Below are positions 28,643-37,880 of a DNA stretch of 64,000 bases, piece by piece. This DNA comes from Patescibacteria group bacterium. Lineage in GTDB: Bacteria > Patescibacteriota > Patescibacteriia > JACRDY01. The stretch is from contig JBAZBH010000004.1 of NCBI GenBank assembly GCA_041671565.1, positions 9,308 through 73,307 of the forward strand, written 5' to 3'. Both the position numbers and the translations under genes were made by a program. The notes below the pieces were generated by a model. It saw only the letters and a list, made by a program, of their open reading frames with translations. It was not told where the DNA came from and made no database searches. The first letter of the stretch is position 1; the number at the start of each line of letters is the position of its first letter.

Positions 28643-29575
28643 CTACCACCACCGTTTCTTCTTGAAAATTAGAATTAAAACTCCCGCCACCACCGCCATC
28701 AGCGCGATAATCAGCCAAAAATCCGCTGGCTGGCCAACGAGGGGGTGATAGACCGTATTCATGCCAAAGATGAAGGCGAGGAGGTTAATTGGCATGAAAA
28801 TCACCGAAATAATGGTCAGGGTTTTGATAATCTGGCTTAGCTGATAAGAGGCGAGCGAAGCGTGAGTTTCATACAGGGCGTTAACCGTGTTTTGGCAGTT
28901 TTCCAGTGTGTCCCAGATTTCTTTTGATTGTTCCACCAGATTTTTAAAGCGGAGTTCCAGCTTCTGGCCCGGCAAAAGGCGGTCGCCCGCTTCCATCAAC
29001 CGGTAGATCAGGTTTTTATGGGTTTGCATCGCCTGGCGGAAATTAACGATATTTTTTTTGATCAGGGCAATCTCCCGGATTAATTTTGGCCCTGGGGCGG
29101 TGAAGATCTGGCTTTCAATCTGGTTAACATCGTTATTGAGATGGGCGAGCATGGGGAAACAGTATTCGGTCAAGCGGTTGAGGAGTTCATAAAGCAAAGC
29201 CGCCGGGCCGCCGCTGAGCAGGTGGGCAAACATTTCCGTGTCCTTTTGGCAAAGGGCAAAAAAGTCGCGAAGGGGCGGCAATTGGCTGTCGTGGCAGGTG
29301 ACGAGAAAATTTTGGCCGATAAAAAAGTCCACTTCCACGGCTTTAATCTCCCGGGTGGGGCGGTTATAAATCGGGAAAAGCAAGGTTAAAAACAAGTAAT
29401 CGCGCCGTTCCAGGAGTTTGGGCCGGTTGTTGGGCGGCAGGCAGTCTTTGAGGTCGAGCGGGTCAAAATCAAAGTTTTTCTTCAGCCAGTTGATCTCGCA
29501 GAGTGTATTCTGGGTGGCATTAACCCACTGGTAGTTGTTTTCGCGCAAGAGATGGATGTGTTTGGGTTGAGGCAT
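28643..29575 (-). CDS. corA: CorA-family Mg2+/Co2+ transporter
   Basis: Two C-terminal TMs with GMN motif (FIFGMNTV), acidic N-terminal funnel domain, KKRWW terminus. Confidence 0.75.
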   Translation of the reverse strand: MPQPKHIHLLRENNYQWVNATQNTLCEINWLKKNFDFDPLDLKDCLPPNNRPKLLERRDYLFLTLLFPIYNRPTREIKAVEVDFFIGQNFLVTCHDSQLPPLRDFFALCQKDTEMFAHLLSGGPAALLYELLNRLTEYCFPMLAHLNNDVNQIESQIFTAPGPKLIREIALIKKNIVNFRQAMQTHKNLIYRLMEAGDRLLPGQKLELRFKNLVEQSKEIWDTLENCQNTVNALYETHASLASYQLSQIIKTLTIISVIFMPINLLAFIFGMNTVYHPLVGQPADFWLIIALMAVVAGVLILIFKKKRWW

Positions 29576-29600
29576 ATTTTTGTTTTAAAATTATTCAATC

Positions 29601-30233
29601 CTATTTTTTTCCGTCCCATTCTGATAAAAATTCATTTAAAAAGTTTTTCATAAAGATTACCCTCCGTTTGGCTATATATTTTGCAGTCTTTGTATACATT
29701 TTTGAGTCAAGTAGTAATAGTTTCTCATAAAAATGATTAACCATCGTTTTACTCCCACCAATAAAAGTCGGGTTGGGCCTAATGTCGGGATCATGAATTG
29801 GCCTATTTTTGCTGACGCAGTATTGAACCGTTCGAATTACGCCAATAGCTCCAACTGCGTCCATGGCATCACAATCAGCAATTATTTTTGCTTCTATAGT
29901 TTTAGGTTCTCCAATTTCGTCAGACCAAGAATGGGTTAATATGCAATCGGCAATGGGGTCAAGTATTTTAGGTGTAAGTTTAAATTGTTTGAGAAATGTT
30001 TTTGCAACCGAAGCACAAGATTTGGTATGGGTAAATGCTGGACCGTGCTCGCCAATGTCATGCAATAAAGCGGCAAGTTGCACTATAAACACATTAGCCT
30101 TTTCCTTTTTAGCTATCTTTTCTGCTATTTTAAACACTCTTATAACATGCCAATAATCATGACCCGAATTATCACTAAGTAACTTTTTTTTAATAAAGCT
30201 TTTAGTTTTTTGAAGAATTTCTTTTTTATTCAT
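29601..30233 (-). CDS. HD-domain phosphohydrolase
   Basis: H...HD motif (YWHVIRV ... LLHDIGE). Confidence 0.7.
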   Translation of the reverse strand: MNKKEILQKTKSFIKKKLLSDNSGHDYWHVIRVFKIAEKIAKKEKANVFIVQLAALLHDIGEHGPAFTHTKSCASVAKTFLKQFKLTPKILDPIADCILTHSWSDEIGEPKTIEAKIIADCDAMDAVGAIGVIRTVQYCVSKNRPIHDPDIRPNPTFIGGSKTMVNHFYEKLLLLDSKMYTKTAKYIAKRRVIFMKNFLNEFLSEWDGKK

Positions 30234-30408
30234 TTGCGTTGTCTTAAGAATATTAACTGTATTGCATGGTTGGTTATTATCAGATTTTGTGATATTGGTT
30301 GAAATTATTATAACATATTTATGCCGGCCGCCGAAATCGGTTTTTCTTTTTTGCGGTTTTTTGTTATAATAATGCCAGTTAAATCAAGGATGGTTAACCC
30401 TAGAAATT

Positions 30409-30918
30409 ATGCCTTTAGATAAAAATCGGCAGGCAGAGCTGGCGCGGGAGGCGGTTCGGCCGCCAACAGAAACCAAGATTGAGTCAGCGCCAAAGCCGTC
30501 AACGGAAATTAGCCAAGAGAATCGGCCGGAGAAGCAGTTTTTGGGCGAGGTCAAGGCTGGTCCGGAAAGGGCGGCCGCGGCGAGTATTGTTAGTCCGGCT
30601 CATCCTAACGCTGTCGCTGACCGCGAATCCGAAAAACTTCATGAAATTGAAGAGATTTTGGCCGAAGATTTGGAGGAGATTTACCTCGGTCTTTCGCCCG
30701 CCAAAAAAGAAGAGTTTAAACGGGAGGGCGAAAAAGCCGCTTCTTTAATTTTAGTCTTGTTGCGGCAAGTTAAAATTCATACCGCCAAAATTTACCGTTT
30801 GATCCGCCGGTGGCTCAAAATTATTCCCGGAGTCAGCCGTTATTTTCTTGCCCAAGAAGCAAAAATCAAAGCCGATCGGTTAGTGGCCGATGAGGAAAGG
30901 GAAAGGCAAAGAAGATAA
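30409..30918 (+). CDS. Hypothetical charged protein
   Basis: ORF after a ttgttataat promoter-like box; low-complexity E/K/R-rich. Confidence 0.4.
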   Translation: MPLDKNRQAELAREAVRPPTETKIESAPKPSTEISQENRPEKQFLGEVKAGPERAAAASIVSPAHPNAVADRESEKLHEIEEILAEDLEEIYLGLSPAKKEEFKREGEKAASLILVLLRQVKIHTAKIYRLIRRWLKIIPGVSRYFLAQEAKIKADRLVADEERERQRR

Positions 30919-30949
30919 TTGCGTTGATAATTTACGGAATTAGGTTTAT

Positions 30950-31100
30950 TGATCTGGCTGTAATGCGATGCGAATGCTACGAATTACATACGAATGCTAC
31001 AAATTATGCCGATCATTATGTATAATTTTAACTATTTTTACCGTCGTCTTTATTCGTAGATTCGCATGTAATTCGTAGCATTCGCATCGCTTCTTAGCGT
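30950..31100. repeat. GCGAATGCTACGAAT-word palindromic element (copy 3)
   Basis: ggctgtaatgcgatgcgaatgctacgaattacatacgaatgctacaaat ... cgtagattcgcatgtaattcgtagcattcgcatcgc. Confidence 0.6.
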
Positions 31101-31107
31101 CGCTTTT

Positions 31108-33792
31108 ATGGGCCAAACTGATGTTTTTAACCAATTTGACCAAACCCAAAAGTTGGGTGATTTCGGTCAGACCGCCGCGGCGGGCGGGCAGTCTTTGTTA
31201 AGCCAGCCAGTGGTGGCCGGGGTTTTGTATTTTATTTTGTTTATCGCGATCGTGGTTGCTGGTTTGGCGCTTTTGCGGTTTTTGTTAATTGCTTTGCGGC
31301 GCCGGTTGGCGACTTTTAACCGGGTGGTGTTGCAAGTTCTCCTGCCCAAAGAGTCGGAGGAACAGGCGGAGAAAGAAGAAGCGATCCAGAAAAAAGACAT
31401 TAAAGAAGTGATCGCCGAGGTAGAGGGGCTCTACGCCGCCTTGATCGGCACGGCGCGGCCGCATAATTGGGGTTATTGGTGGTACGCTTTTCGGCGGTTT
31501 TGGACCGGCCACCACAGCCATTTGTCCTTGGAAATGGTGGCTTGGCAGGATAAAATCAAGTTTTATCTGGTCACGCCGAAGCACTTGGCGGAATATGTGG
31601 AGAAGCAAATTCACGCCGCTTACCCGGACGCCACGGTGGAAAAAACGAGTGACTATAATATCTTTACGCCTCACGGCGCGGTGGCCGGCAGTTACCTTTG
31701 TCCCAGCCGCAGCCAGATTTTGCCGCTCCGGACTTATAAAAAAATGGACTTTGATCCGCTGGAGTCAGTCACCAGCAATCTGTCCAAGTTTGAGGCGGAG
31801 GACGGCGTGGCGATTCAACTTCTGGTCCGGCCCGGCAAAAGCAAATGGCGCAGCCAGGGGATTGGCATTGCCAAAAAAATGCACCAAGGTGAGACGCTGG
31901 AAAACGCCTTGCGGGGACAAAGCGGTTGGTTGAATTTTATCGGTTGGAGTTTTGGCTTACCTTATAAAGGGTTGAAATTTTTGGTGGACAACTTTTTCGT
32001 CACCGCGCCGAAACCGGGCGCGGAAAAGCCGGCCGGGGAAATGAGCGAAGGCGATAAAATGCGCCACGCGCCGGTCCGGATACTGAAACGGGAAGAAGAG
32101 CTGATTCAGGCGCTGGAAGAAAAATACGCCAAACCCTGTTTTGAAGCCAATCTGCGGCTGGTGGTTTCGGCTAAAACCCCGGAACGGACGACAATACTCC
32201 TCCGCAGTGTTATTGGTTCGTTTTCGCAGTTCAGCTCCACTTCCATTAATAATCAGCTCAAAGGGCCGCTCCTTTGGTTCAAGAGCATGTTTATCAATGA
32301 TTTTATCTGCCGCAACTTCCGGGAGTTTAAAAAATTTATCATTTCCAGCGAAGAATTGGTTAGTTTGTATCATTTCCCGCTGTCTTTCAATGAAACGCCA
32401 AATATCGTTTGGCTGCCTTCCCGCCGCGCCGCGCCGCCAGTGGATTTGCCCACCGAAGGCATTATCTTGGGCAAGAGTGTTTATCGCGGGCAAGAGAAAT
32501 TGGTGCGGCTGCAAAAGGACGACCGCCGGCGCCACACTTATATCATCGGTAAATCCGGCACCGGTAAATCGTTTCTCCTCGCCAATATGGCAATCCAGGA
32601 CATCCAGGCCGGCGAGGGTGTTTGTATTATCGATCCGCACGGCGATTTGGTGGACGATGTTTTTGAGCGGGTGCCGAAAGAGCGCGCCGACGATGTGATT
32701 TTATTTGACCCGGCGGACATTGAGCGGCCGATGGGTTTAAACTTATTAGAATACGATCCGCGCTACCCGGAGCAGAAAACTTTTGTGATCAACGAAATGA
32801 TCAAGATTTTTGACAAGCTTTATGACCTTAAACAAACCGGCGGGCCGATGTTTGAGCAATACATGCGGAACGCCATGCTTTTGGTCATGGAAGACCCGGA
32901 GAGCGGTTCCACTCTAATGGAGATTTCCAAGGTTTTGGTTGATCCGGATTACCGCCGTTACAAAATCAGTAAATGCCAGACGCAAGTAGTCAAGGACTTT
33001 TGGGTGAAAGAAGCGGAAAAAGCCGGCGGCGAGGCGGCCCTTGCCAACATGGTGCCTTACATTACTTCCAAATTAACCTCTTTTATTTCCAATGATTTCA
33101 TGCGGCCGATTATCGGCCAACAGCACAGCGCCATCAACTTCCGCGATGCCATGGACAGCGGCAAAATCCTGCTGGTTAAACTGTCTAAAGGGCGCCTGGG
33201 CGACATTAACACCAATTTAGTCGGCATGATGATGGTCGGCAAGATCCTGATGGCCGCCCTTAGCCGGACGGATATGCCGAAAGAAAAGCGCCGAGATTTT
33301 TACCTGTATATCGACGAGTTCCAAAACTTTACGACCGACAGCATTGCGGTGATTTTGTCCGAGGCGCGGAAATACATGCTTAACTTGATTATTGCCCACC
33401 AGTATATTGGCCAATTGGTGAAGCATGACGACACCACCATCAAGGACGCGGTCTTTGGCAATGTCGGCACGATGATTGCTTTCAAAATCGGCGCCGAAGA
33501 CGCCGAGCATATCGCCAAGGAGTTCGCCCCGATTGTTAACCAGTTTGACTTGATCAATGTCGAGCGCTTCAACGCCTACATCAAACTCTTGATCAACAAC
33601 CAAGCCTCGCGGCCGTTTAACCTCCAGACTCTGATTTTGCCGCCGGGCAACCCGGAATTATCCCAAAAAATCAAAGAACTCTCGCGCCTCAAATACGGCC
33701 ACGACCGGGCAAGCGTGGAGCGGGAGATTATTGAACGGAGCCGCTCGGCCGAGTTTTCTTTGGGTAAAGTTGACAAAGAGGCGAAAATCTAG
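31108..33792 (+). CDS. Membrane-anchored FtsK/HerA-superfamily ATPase, VirB4/TraC- or DUF87-like (T4SS-type)
   Basis: N-terminal TM (VVAGVLYFILFIAIVVAGLALL); Walker A IIGKSGTGKS followed by IIDPHGDL; Walker B LYIDEFQNF; about 450 aa N-domain before the P-loop, as in VirB4. Confidence 0.6.
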   Translation: MGQTDVFNQFDQTQKLGDFGQTAAAGGQSLLSQPVVAGVLYFILFIAIVVAGLALLRFLLIALRRRLATFNRVVLQVLLPKESEEQAEKEEAIQKKDIKEVIAEVEGLYAALIGTARPHNWGYWWYAFRRFWTGHHSHLSLEMVAWQDKIKFYLVTPKHLAEYVEKQIHAAYPDATVEKTSDYNIFTPHGAVAGSYLCPSRSQILPLRTYKKMDFDPLESVTSNLSKFEAEDGVAIQLLVRPGKSKWRSQGIGIAKKMHQGETLENALRGQSGWLNFIGWSFGLPYKGLKFLVDNFFVTAPKPGAEKPAGEMSEGDKMRHAPVRILKREEELIQALEEKYAKPCFEANLRLVVSAKTPERTTILLRSVIGSFSQFSSTSINNQLKGPLLWFKSMFINDFICRNFREFKKFIISSEELVSLYHFPLSFNETPNIVWLPSRRAAPPVDLPTEGIILGKSVYRGQEKLVRLQKDDRRRHTYIIGKSGTGKSFLLANMAIQDIQAGEGVCIIDPHGDLVDDVFERVPKERADDVILFDPADIERPMGLNLLEYDPRYPEQKTFVINEMIKIFDKLYDLKQTGGPMFEQYMRNAMLLVMEDPESGSTLMEISKVLVDPDYRRYKISKCQTQVVKDFWVKEAEKAGGEAALANMVPYITSKLTSFISNDFMRPIIGQQHSAINFRDAMDSGKILLVKLSKGRLGDINTNLVGMMMVGKILMAALSRTDMPKEKRRDFYLYIDEFQNFTTDSIAVILSEARKYMLNLIIAHQYIGQLVKHDDTTIKDAVFGNVGTMIAFKIGAEDAEHIAKEFAPIVNQFDLINVERFNAYIKLLINNQASRPFNLQTLILPPGNPELSQKIKELSRLKYGHDRASVEREIIERSRSAEFSLGKVDKEAKI

Positions 33793-33832
33793 CTATAATT
33801 AGCTATAAAAATCAAAACAATACCAAAACCAA

Positions 33833-34444
33833 ATGACCAGTAAAAAACAAAAAGACGACGATTTTTTGGAATTTGCCGAGGAGGTTCCCGGAGAAGATCA
33901 GTTGGCAGGCCAAAAATTAGCGGTCGTTAAAAAGATACTTTTGCAATTGCGCTCTAACCTCGACAAGGCGTTAAGGCTTTTGGATGAAGCCGGACCGGGG
34001 AACGCGACGCTGGTTTTGGAGAAACTGGAAGAAATCAAAAACGGCGCTTTTAACGAGCAGGAAGTGTTAAATAACGCGCAAGTGGTCGAAGGGGTTTTCG
34101 ACGGCCAGAAAATGGTGGGCGCCGATGGCCGGGAATATCAAGTGCCGCCGAACTACGCTTCCAAGTCAAAGTTGGTGGAGGGCGATATTCTGAAACTGAC
34201 GATTGATAACCGCGGCAATTTCATTTACAAACAAATCAGCCCGATTGAACGATCGCGGGTCAAAGCCAAACTTTTCCAAGACGCCGAGACGCGGCAGTAC
34301 TTTGCCACCGCCGGCAGTAAGCGTTGGAAACTCTTGACCGCGGCGGTGACTTATTTCAAAGGCAGTCCGGATGACGAAGTGATAATCCTGATTCCGCAGA
34401 AAAGCAAGTCGGCCTGGGCGGCAGTTGAAAATATAGTGAAATAG
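33833..34444 (+). CDS. Hypothetical protein
   Basis: ORF in operon position after the ATPase; no recognisable motif. Confidence 0.4.
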   Translation: MTSKKQKDDDFLEFAEEVPGEDQLAGQKLAVVKKILLQLRSNLDKALRLLDEAGPGNATLVLEKLEEIKNGAFNEQEVLNNAQVVEGVFDGQKMVGADGREYQVPPNYASKSKLVEGDILKLTIDNRGNFIYKQISPIERSRVKAKLFQDAETRQYFATAGSKRWKLLTAAVTYFKGSPDDEVIILIPQKSKSAWAAVENIVK

Positions 34445-34496
34445 TTTTGGCCTCCCATGTCGTCGCTGTTTACTGTTAAAATCAACAATCGTGGTT

Positions 34497-34632
34497 AAAA
34501 GTTCAAAACCCAAAGTTCAAAGTTCAAATCAAGTTCAAATGCCAAAAGGTGGCTTCACGGTTAGCCAAGAATAGCATTTGATATTTGAACTTGATTTGAA
34601 CTTTGGGTTTTGAACTTTGAACTTTTGGCCGT
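34497..34632. repeat. GTTCAAAGTTCAAAT-word palindromic element
   Basis: gttcaaaacccaaagttcaaagttcaaatcaagttcaaatg ... catttgatatttgaacttgatttgaactttgggttttgaactttgaac. Confidence 0.65.
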
Positions 34633-34667
34633 GTTTATTGGTTTAAATGGCTATTATGTAATTTTTT

Positions 34668-35312
34668 ATGGTTCGTAAGCCGATATATCAAATAGTATTT
34701 CTGGGCCCTCAGGGTTCGGGCAAAGGCACGCAAGCCGAAAAGCTGGCGGCCGATTTTAAAATTCCGGTGATTGCCACCGGCCAGATTTACCGTGATGAAG
34801 CCAAAAAGAAAACCGTTTTGGGCGACAAAGTTGCCAGTTGCGTTAACCAGGGCAAACTGGTGCCGGACGATATTACTAACGATTTGATTATTCGGCGCCT
34901 CGGCAAAAAAGATTGCCGCCGCGGCTTTATTCTCGATGGTTATCCGCGGACTTTGGCGCAGGCCGAGGCCTTGGCGGCGATTACTTCTTTAACCCAGGCG
35001 ATTTCGATTGATCTGCCTGACCGCGAGGCGATTGCGCGGATTGCCGGCCGGCTGATTTGCAATGAATGCGGCGCTACTTATCACTTGAAAGCCAATCCGC
35101 CGCAGGAGCCAGGTATTTGCGATAAGTGCGGCGCGGCGCTGTTAGCGCGCAAAGACGACCAAGCCGAAGCGGCTTTACGCCAGCGGTTGGCGATTTATCA
35201 TGAGCAGATTGACCCGATTGTTAAATTTTATGAAAATCAGGGGATTTTGTGCCGAATTGACGGCCGACAGAGCATTGACGAGGTTTATCGGGCAGTGAAG
35301 AAAGTCTTTTAA
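34668..35312 (+). CDS. adk: Adenylate kinase (Zn-lid type)
   Basis: IVFLGPQGSGKGTQ P-loop, GFILDGYPRT, lid CNECGATYH...CDKCGAAL. Confidence 0.9.
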   Translation: MVRKPIYQIVFLGPQGSGKGTQAEKLAADFKIPVIATGQIYRDEAKKKTVLGDKVASCVNQGKLVPDDITNDLIIRRLGKKDCRRGFILDGYPRTLAQAEALAAITSLTQAISIDLPDREAIARIAGRLICNECGATYHLKANPPQEPGICDKCGAALLARKDDQAEAALRQRLAIYHEQIDPIVKFYENQGILCRIDGRQSIDEVYRAVKKVF

Positions 35313-35314
35313 GT

Positions 35315-35392
35315 ATTCAGGGAACAGTATTCGGGGATCAGGGAGGGGTTCAAATTCACCGTTCATGGATATAATCCCCTGAATACTCTTTA
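35315..35392. repeat. Palindromic terminator-like element (GTATTCAGGGGAT arms)
   Basis: tattcagggaacagtattcggggat ... atcccctgaatactc. Confidence 0.55.
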
Positions 35393-35396
35393 ATTT

Positions 35397-36161
35397 ATGA
35401 TTACTACCAAAACCGAGGAAGATATCAAAAAACTGGCTTACAGCGGCCGGTTGCTGGGTAAAATTTTAAAGCAACTGGTCAAGGCGGCCAAGCCCGGTGT
35501 TAGCACGCAGGAGTTGGACATGATGGCCGAAGATTTAATCCGGCGCGCCGGCGGCCGGCCGGCTTTCAAAGGTTATCAGGGCAGTCGCAACGATCCGCCG
35601 TTTCCTTCCACTATTTGCGCTTCCGTCAATAACGAACTGGTCCACGCGCCGGCTTCGGCGCGGCGGTTGAAAGACGGCGATATTCTTAGTATTGATATTG
35701 GTATGAATTACGAAGATTTATACACGGATATGGCGACCACCGCGCCGATTGGCCATATTCCGAGCGAGATTAAAAGGCTTTTGCGGGTGACGGAAAAGTC
35801 TTTGACTCTCGGGATTAAACAAGTCAAACCCGGAAACTTCGTCCACGATATTTCTCGCGCGGTCCAGACTTATGTTGAGGGGCAGGGGATGGCGGTGGTC
35901 AAAGATTTATTCGGCCATGGCGTCGGCTACGCCGTCCACGAAGATCCGCGGATTCCCAATTTCTTGGCCGAGAACCAGCCGCGGGTGGAGTTGCGGCCCG
36001 GCATGGTGATTGCGATTGAACCAATGGTCAGCCTGGGCACGGACAAAATTGCCACACTGGACGACGAGTGGACGGTAGTGACGGCCGACGGCAAGCTTTG
36101 CGCTCATTTTGAACACACGGTGGCGGTCACGGCGAAAGGACATCTCATACTTACTAAATGA
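35397..36161 (+). CDS. map: Methionine aminopeptidase type I
   Basis: SIDIGMNYED, FGHGVGYAVHE, EPM, FEHTVAVT metal ligand motifs. Confidence 0.9.
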   Translation: MITTKTEEDIKKLAYSGRLLGKILKQLVKAAKPGVSTQELDMMAEDLIRRAGGRPAFKGYQGSRNDPPFPSTICASVNNELVHAPASARRLKDGDILSIDIGMNYEDLYTDMATTAPIGHIPSEIKRLLRVTEKSLTLGIKQVKPGNFVHDISRAVQTYVEGQGMAVVKDLFGHGVGYAVHEDPRIPNFLAENQPRVELRPGMVIAIEPMVSLGTDKIATLDDEWTVVTADGKLCAHFEHTVAVTAKGHLILTK

Positions 36162-36165
36162 TTAT

Positions 36166-36290
36166 AGGAGATTTGATGAACGGAAGGGTTTAATAGGTTG
36201 ATAGGTTGTTAAGTCGTTAGGTGGTTATGGCGCCGCCTGCGGCGGCGCAAACCTAACAACTTAACGACCTATCAACCTAACCACTATTCT
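36166..36290. repeat. TAGGTNGTTAGG-word palindromic element (family with 36686-36760, 56116-56212, 56775-56830)
   Basis: ggtttaataggttgataggttgttaagtcgttaggtggttatggcgccgcctgcggcggcgcaaacctaacaacttaacgacctatcaacctaacc. Confidence 0.65.
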
Positions 36291-36291
36291 T

Positions 36292-36684
36292 ATGTCCAAA
36301 ATCCTCGGCATCGACTACGGCAGTAAAAGGATCGGCCTGGCGCTCGGCGACGAAGAAAGCCGTCTCGCTCTGCCTTTTGATGTCGTCGATAACCAGCGGG
36401 GGATGATTGGCGAATTGCGGCGGATTATTGAAGGCGAAAAAATTTACCGGCTGGTGGTCGGGTTGCCGCTTAACATGTCCGGCGGCGAGACCCAAAAAAC
36501 CGCTGAAGTCCGGCAGTTTATTGAGCTACTCGAACAAAATTTTAATCTGGCGGTGATTACCGAGGATGAACGGTTGACTTCCAAGGCGGCCGACAGCCTT
36601 TTCCGTTCTTACCGGCAAAAATACGACCGCGACGCCATCGCCGCGATGGTGATCTTGCAGGGGTATTTAGATAAAATCAAGTAG
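36292..36684 (+). CDS. ruvX: Putative pre-16S rRNA nuclease / Holliday junction resolvase-like YqgF
   Basis: ILGIDYGSKRIGLALGD RNase H-like N-terminus. Confidence 0.85.
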   Translation: MSKILGIDYGSKRIGLALGDEESRLALPFDVVDNQRGMIGELRRIIEGEKIYRLVVGLPLNMSGGETQKTAEVRQFIELLEQNFNLAVITEDERLTSKAADSLFRSYRQKYDRDAIAAMVILQGYLDKIK

Positions 36685-36685
36685 G

Positions 36686-36760
36686 CAGGTGGTTAGGTCG
36701 TTAGGTCGTTAGGTTTGCGGCGCCATAACCACCTAACTACCTATCAACCTAACCACTACC
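36686..36760. repeat. TAGGTNGTTAGG-word element
   Basis: gcaggtggttaggtcgttaggtcgttaggtttgcggcgccataaccacctaactacctatcaacctaacc. Confidence 0.6.
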
Positions 36761-37486
36761 ATGGAATACTTCACCCAAGCCATTGTCCTCAGTAAAACCG
36801 GCGTTCGGGAATACGACCGCCTTTTTTGTCTTTATACCAAGCATTTGGGTAAAACCACGGTCCTCGCTCGCGGCGCTCGGCGGCCGGGCAGCAAGATGGC
36901 CGGGCACCTAGAACCGTTTGGTTTATTAGCTGTTAAAATCGCCATCGGCCGCGGCCAGCCGCTCCTCGCCAATGTGGAAACCTTAAAGCGCTATCAAAAC
37001 ATTCTTAAAAATCTGGAGCTGATTAAATTGGCGCGCCGTTCAACGGCTTTAGTCGACCGGCTGGTTAAAGAGGGGAGTTGCGATTTGGGGATTTTACAGC
37101 TTCTGAACCAAATTCTGGAGCTTCTAAATTCGCCGGCCGCTAGCCTGCCGACCAAAGTTTTTCTAGTCCAAGTTTTTCAGCTTCAACTTCTAGGCCACCT
37201 CGGTTACCGGCCGGAGCTCGGGCAGTGTTTAGTCTGCCGGCAGAAGCTTCAGCCCGCAGGCAACTTCTTTGATCCGTTAAAAGGCGGCGTTGTCTGCCCG
37301 GCTTGCCAAGCGAAAGTTGTTGATTTACATCAGGCCAGAGTCATTAGCGCGCCGGAAATCAAACTTTTGCGGTTGGCTCTCGGCGAGAAGCTGTCATTTT
37401 TTGCCGGCAAGCGGGTGGCGGCGGAGTTAGCCACCAGTGTTGGCGCGATCATTGATTCTTTTGTCCGAGTGGTGAGTGAGAAGTAA
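36761..37486 (+). CDS. recO: DNA repair protein RecO
   Basis: OB-fold N-terminus (AIVLSKTGVREYDRLFCLYTKHLGK) and CLVC...CPAC zinc motif. Confidence 0.8.
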   Translation: MEYFTQAIVLSKTGVREYDRLFCLYTKHLGKTTVLARGARRPGSKMAGHLEPFGLLAVKIAIGRGQPLLANVETLKRYQNILKNLELIKLARRSTALVDRLVKEGSCDLGILQLLNQILELLNSPAASLPTKVFLVQVFQLQLLGHLGYRPELGQCLVCRQKLQPAGNFFDPLKGGVVCPACQAKVVDLHQARVISAPEIKLLRLALGEKLSFFAGKRVAAELATSVGAIIDSFVRVVSEK

Positions 37487-37522
37487 ACTTGACTTTTTAT
37501 GCCATTATGCTATACTAACATT

Positions 37523-37579
37523 ATGAAAACTTACCAAGCCGTGAATAATAATAACAATAATAACCAGCTACGGGGCTGA
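37523..37579 (+). CDS. Putative 18-codon Asn-rich leader peptide MKTYQAVNNNNNNNQLRG
   Basis: tatact -10 box at 37511-37516. ATG at 37523; 7 of 18 codons are Asn; TGA stop. A terminator/antiterminator follows. Confidence 0.35.
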   Translation: MKTYQAVNNNNNNNQLRG

Positions 37580-37604
37580 GAGGTTTTCTATTAATAAAAA
37601 CCTA

Positions 37605-37637
37605 AGGCCCCGTGAAAGCGGGGCTTCTTTGAATTTT
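37605..37637 (+). terminator. Intrinsic terminator / attenuator hairpin
   Basis: ggccccg-tgaaag-cggggc + ttctttgaatttt. The upstream cggggc (37571-37576, inside the last leader codons) can pair alternatively with gccccg. Confidence 0.5.
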
Positions 37638-37750
37638 ACGGACTTCTCAAGTTCGCCGCAGGCGAACGCCGAGAAGGCCAGAGTAAAATTCATCCGCCGA
37701 ATCCAGCTGCAGAACCCTGCGGCTGGAGAAGGCGGATAGTTGTTTGCTAG

Positions 37751-37806
37751 GCTCTGGGGTAGTTTAATGGTAAAACGCCTGGCTGCCTGCCCGCAATGCT
37801 CTGCGC
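37751..37806 (+). pseudogene. Degenerate 5'-half copy of tRNA-Asn
   Basis: gctctggggtagtttaatggtaaaacgcctggctg closely mirrors the genuine 5' half gctctgggatagttcagtggtagaacgcctggctg. Confidence 0.5.
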
Positions 37807-37878
37807 TCTGGGATAGTTCAGTGGTAGAACGCCTGGCTGTTAACCAGGATGTCGCAGGTTCGAATCCTGCTCCCAGAG
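37807..37878 (+). tRNA. tRNA-Asn (GTT)
   Basis: Cloverleaf: acceptor tctggga/tcccaga (U1-A72 as in E. coli tRNA-Asn); D stem gttc/gaac; anticodon loop ctGTTaa; T arm gcagg-ttcgaat-cctgc; CCA not encoded. Confidence 0.85.
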
Positions 37879-37880
37879 CA

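Noticed and set aside
37523-37740. tmRNA, RNase P RNA, SRP RNA or T-box identity for the structured region upstream of tRNA-Asn
   Set aside because: None of the hallmark motifs is present (tRNA-like ends with a tag-peptide reading frame, P4 GGAAAGUCCGG, SRP GNAR tetraloop domain, T-box AGGGUGGNACCGCG). The leader-peptide/attenuator reading fits better.
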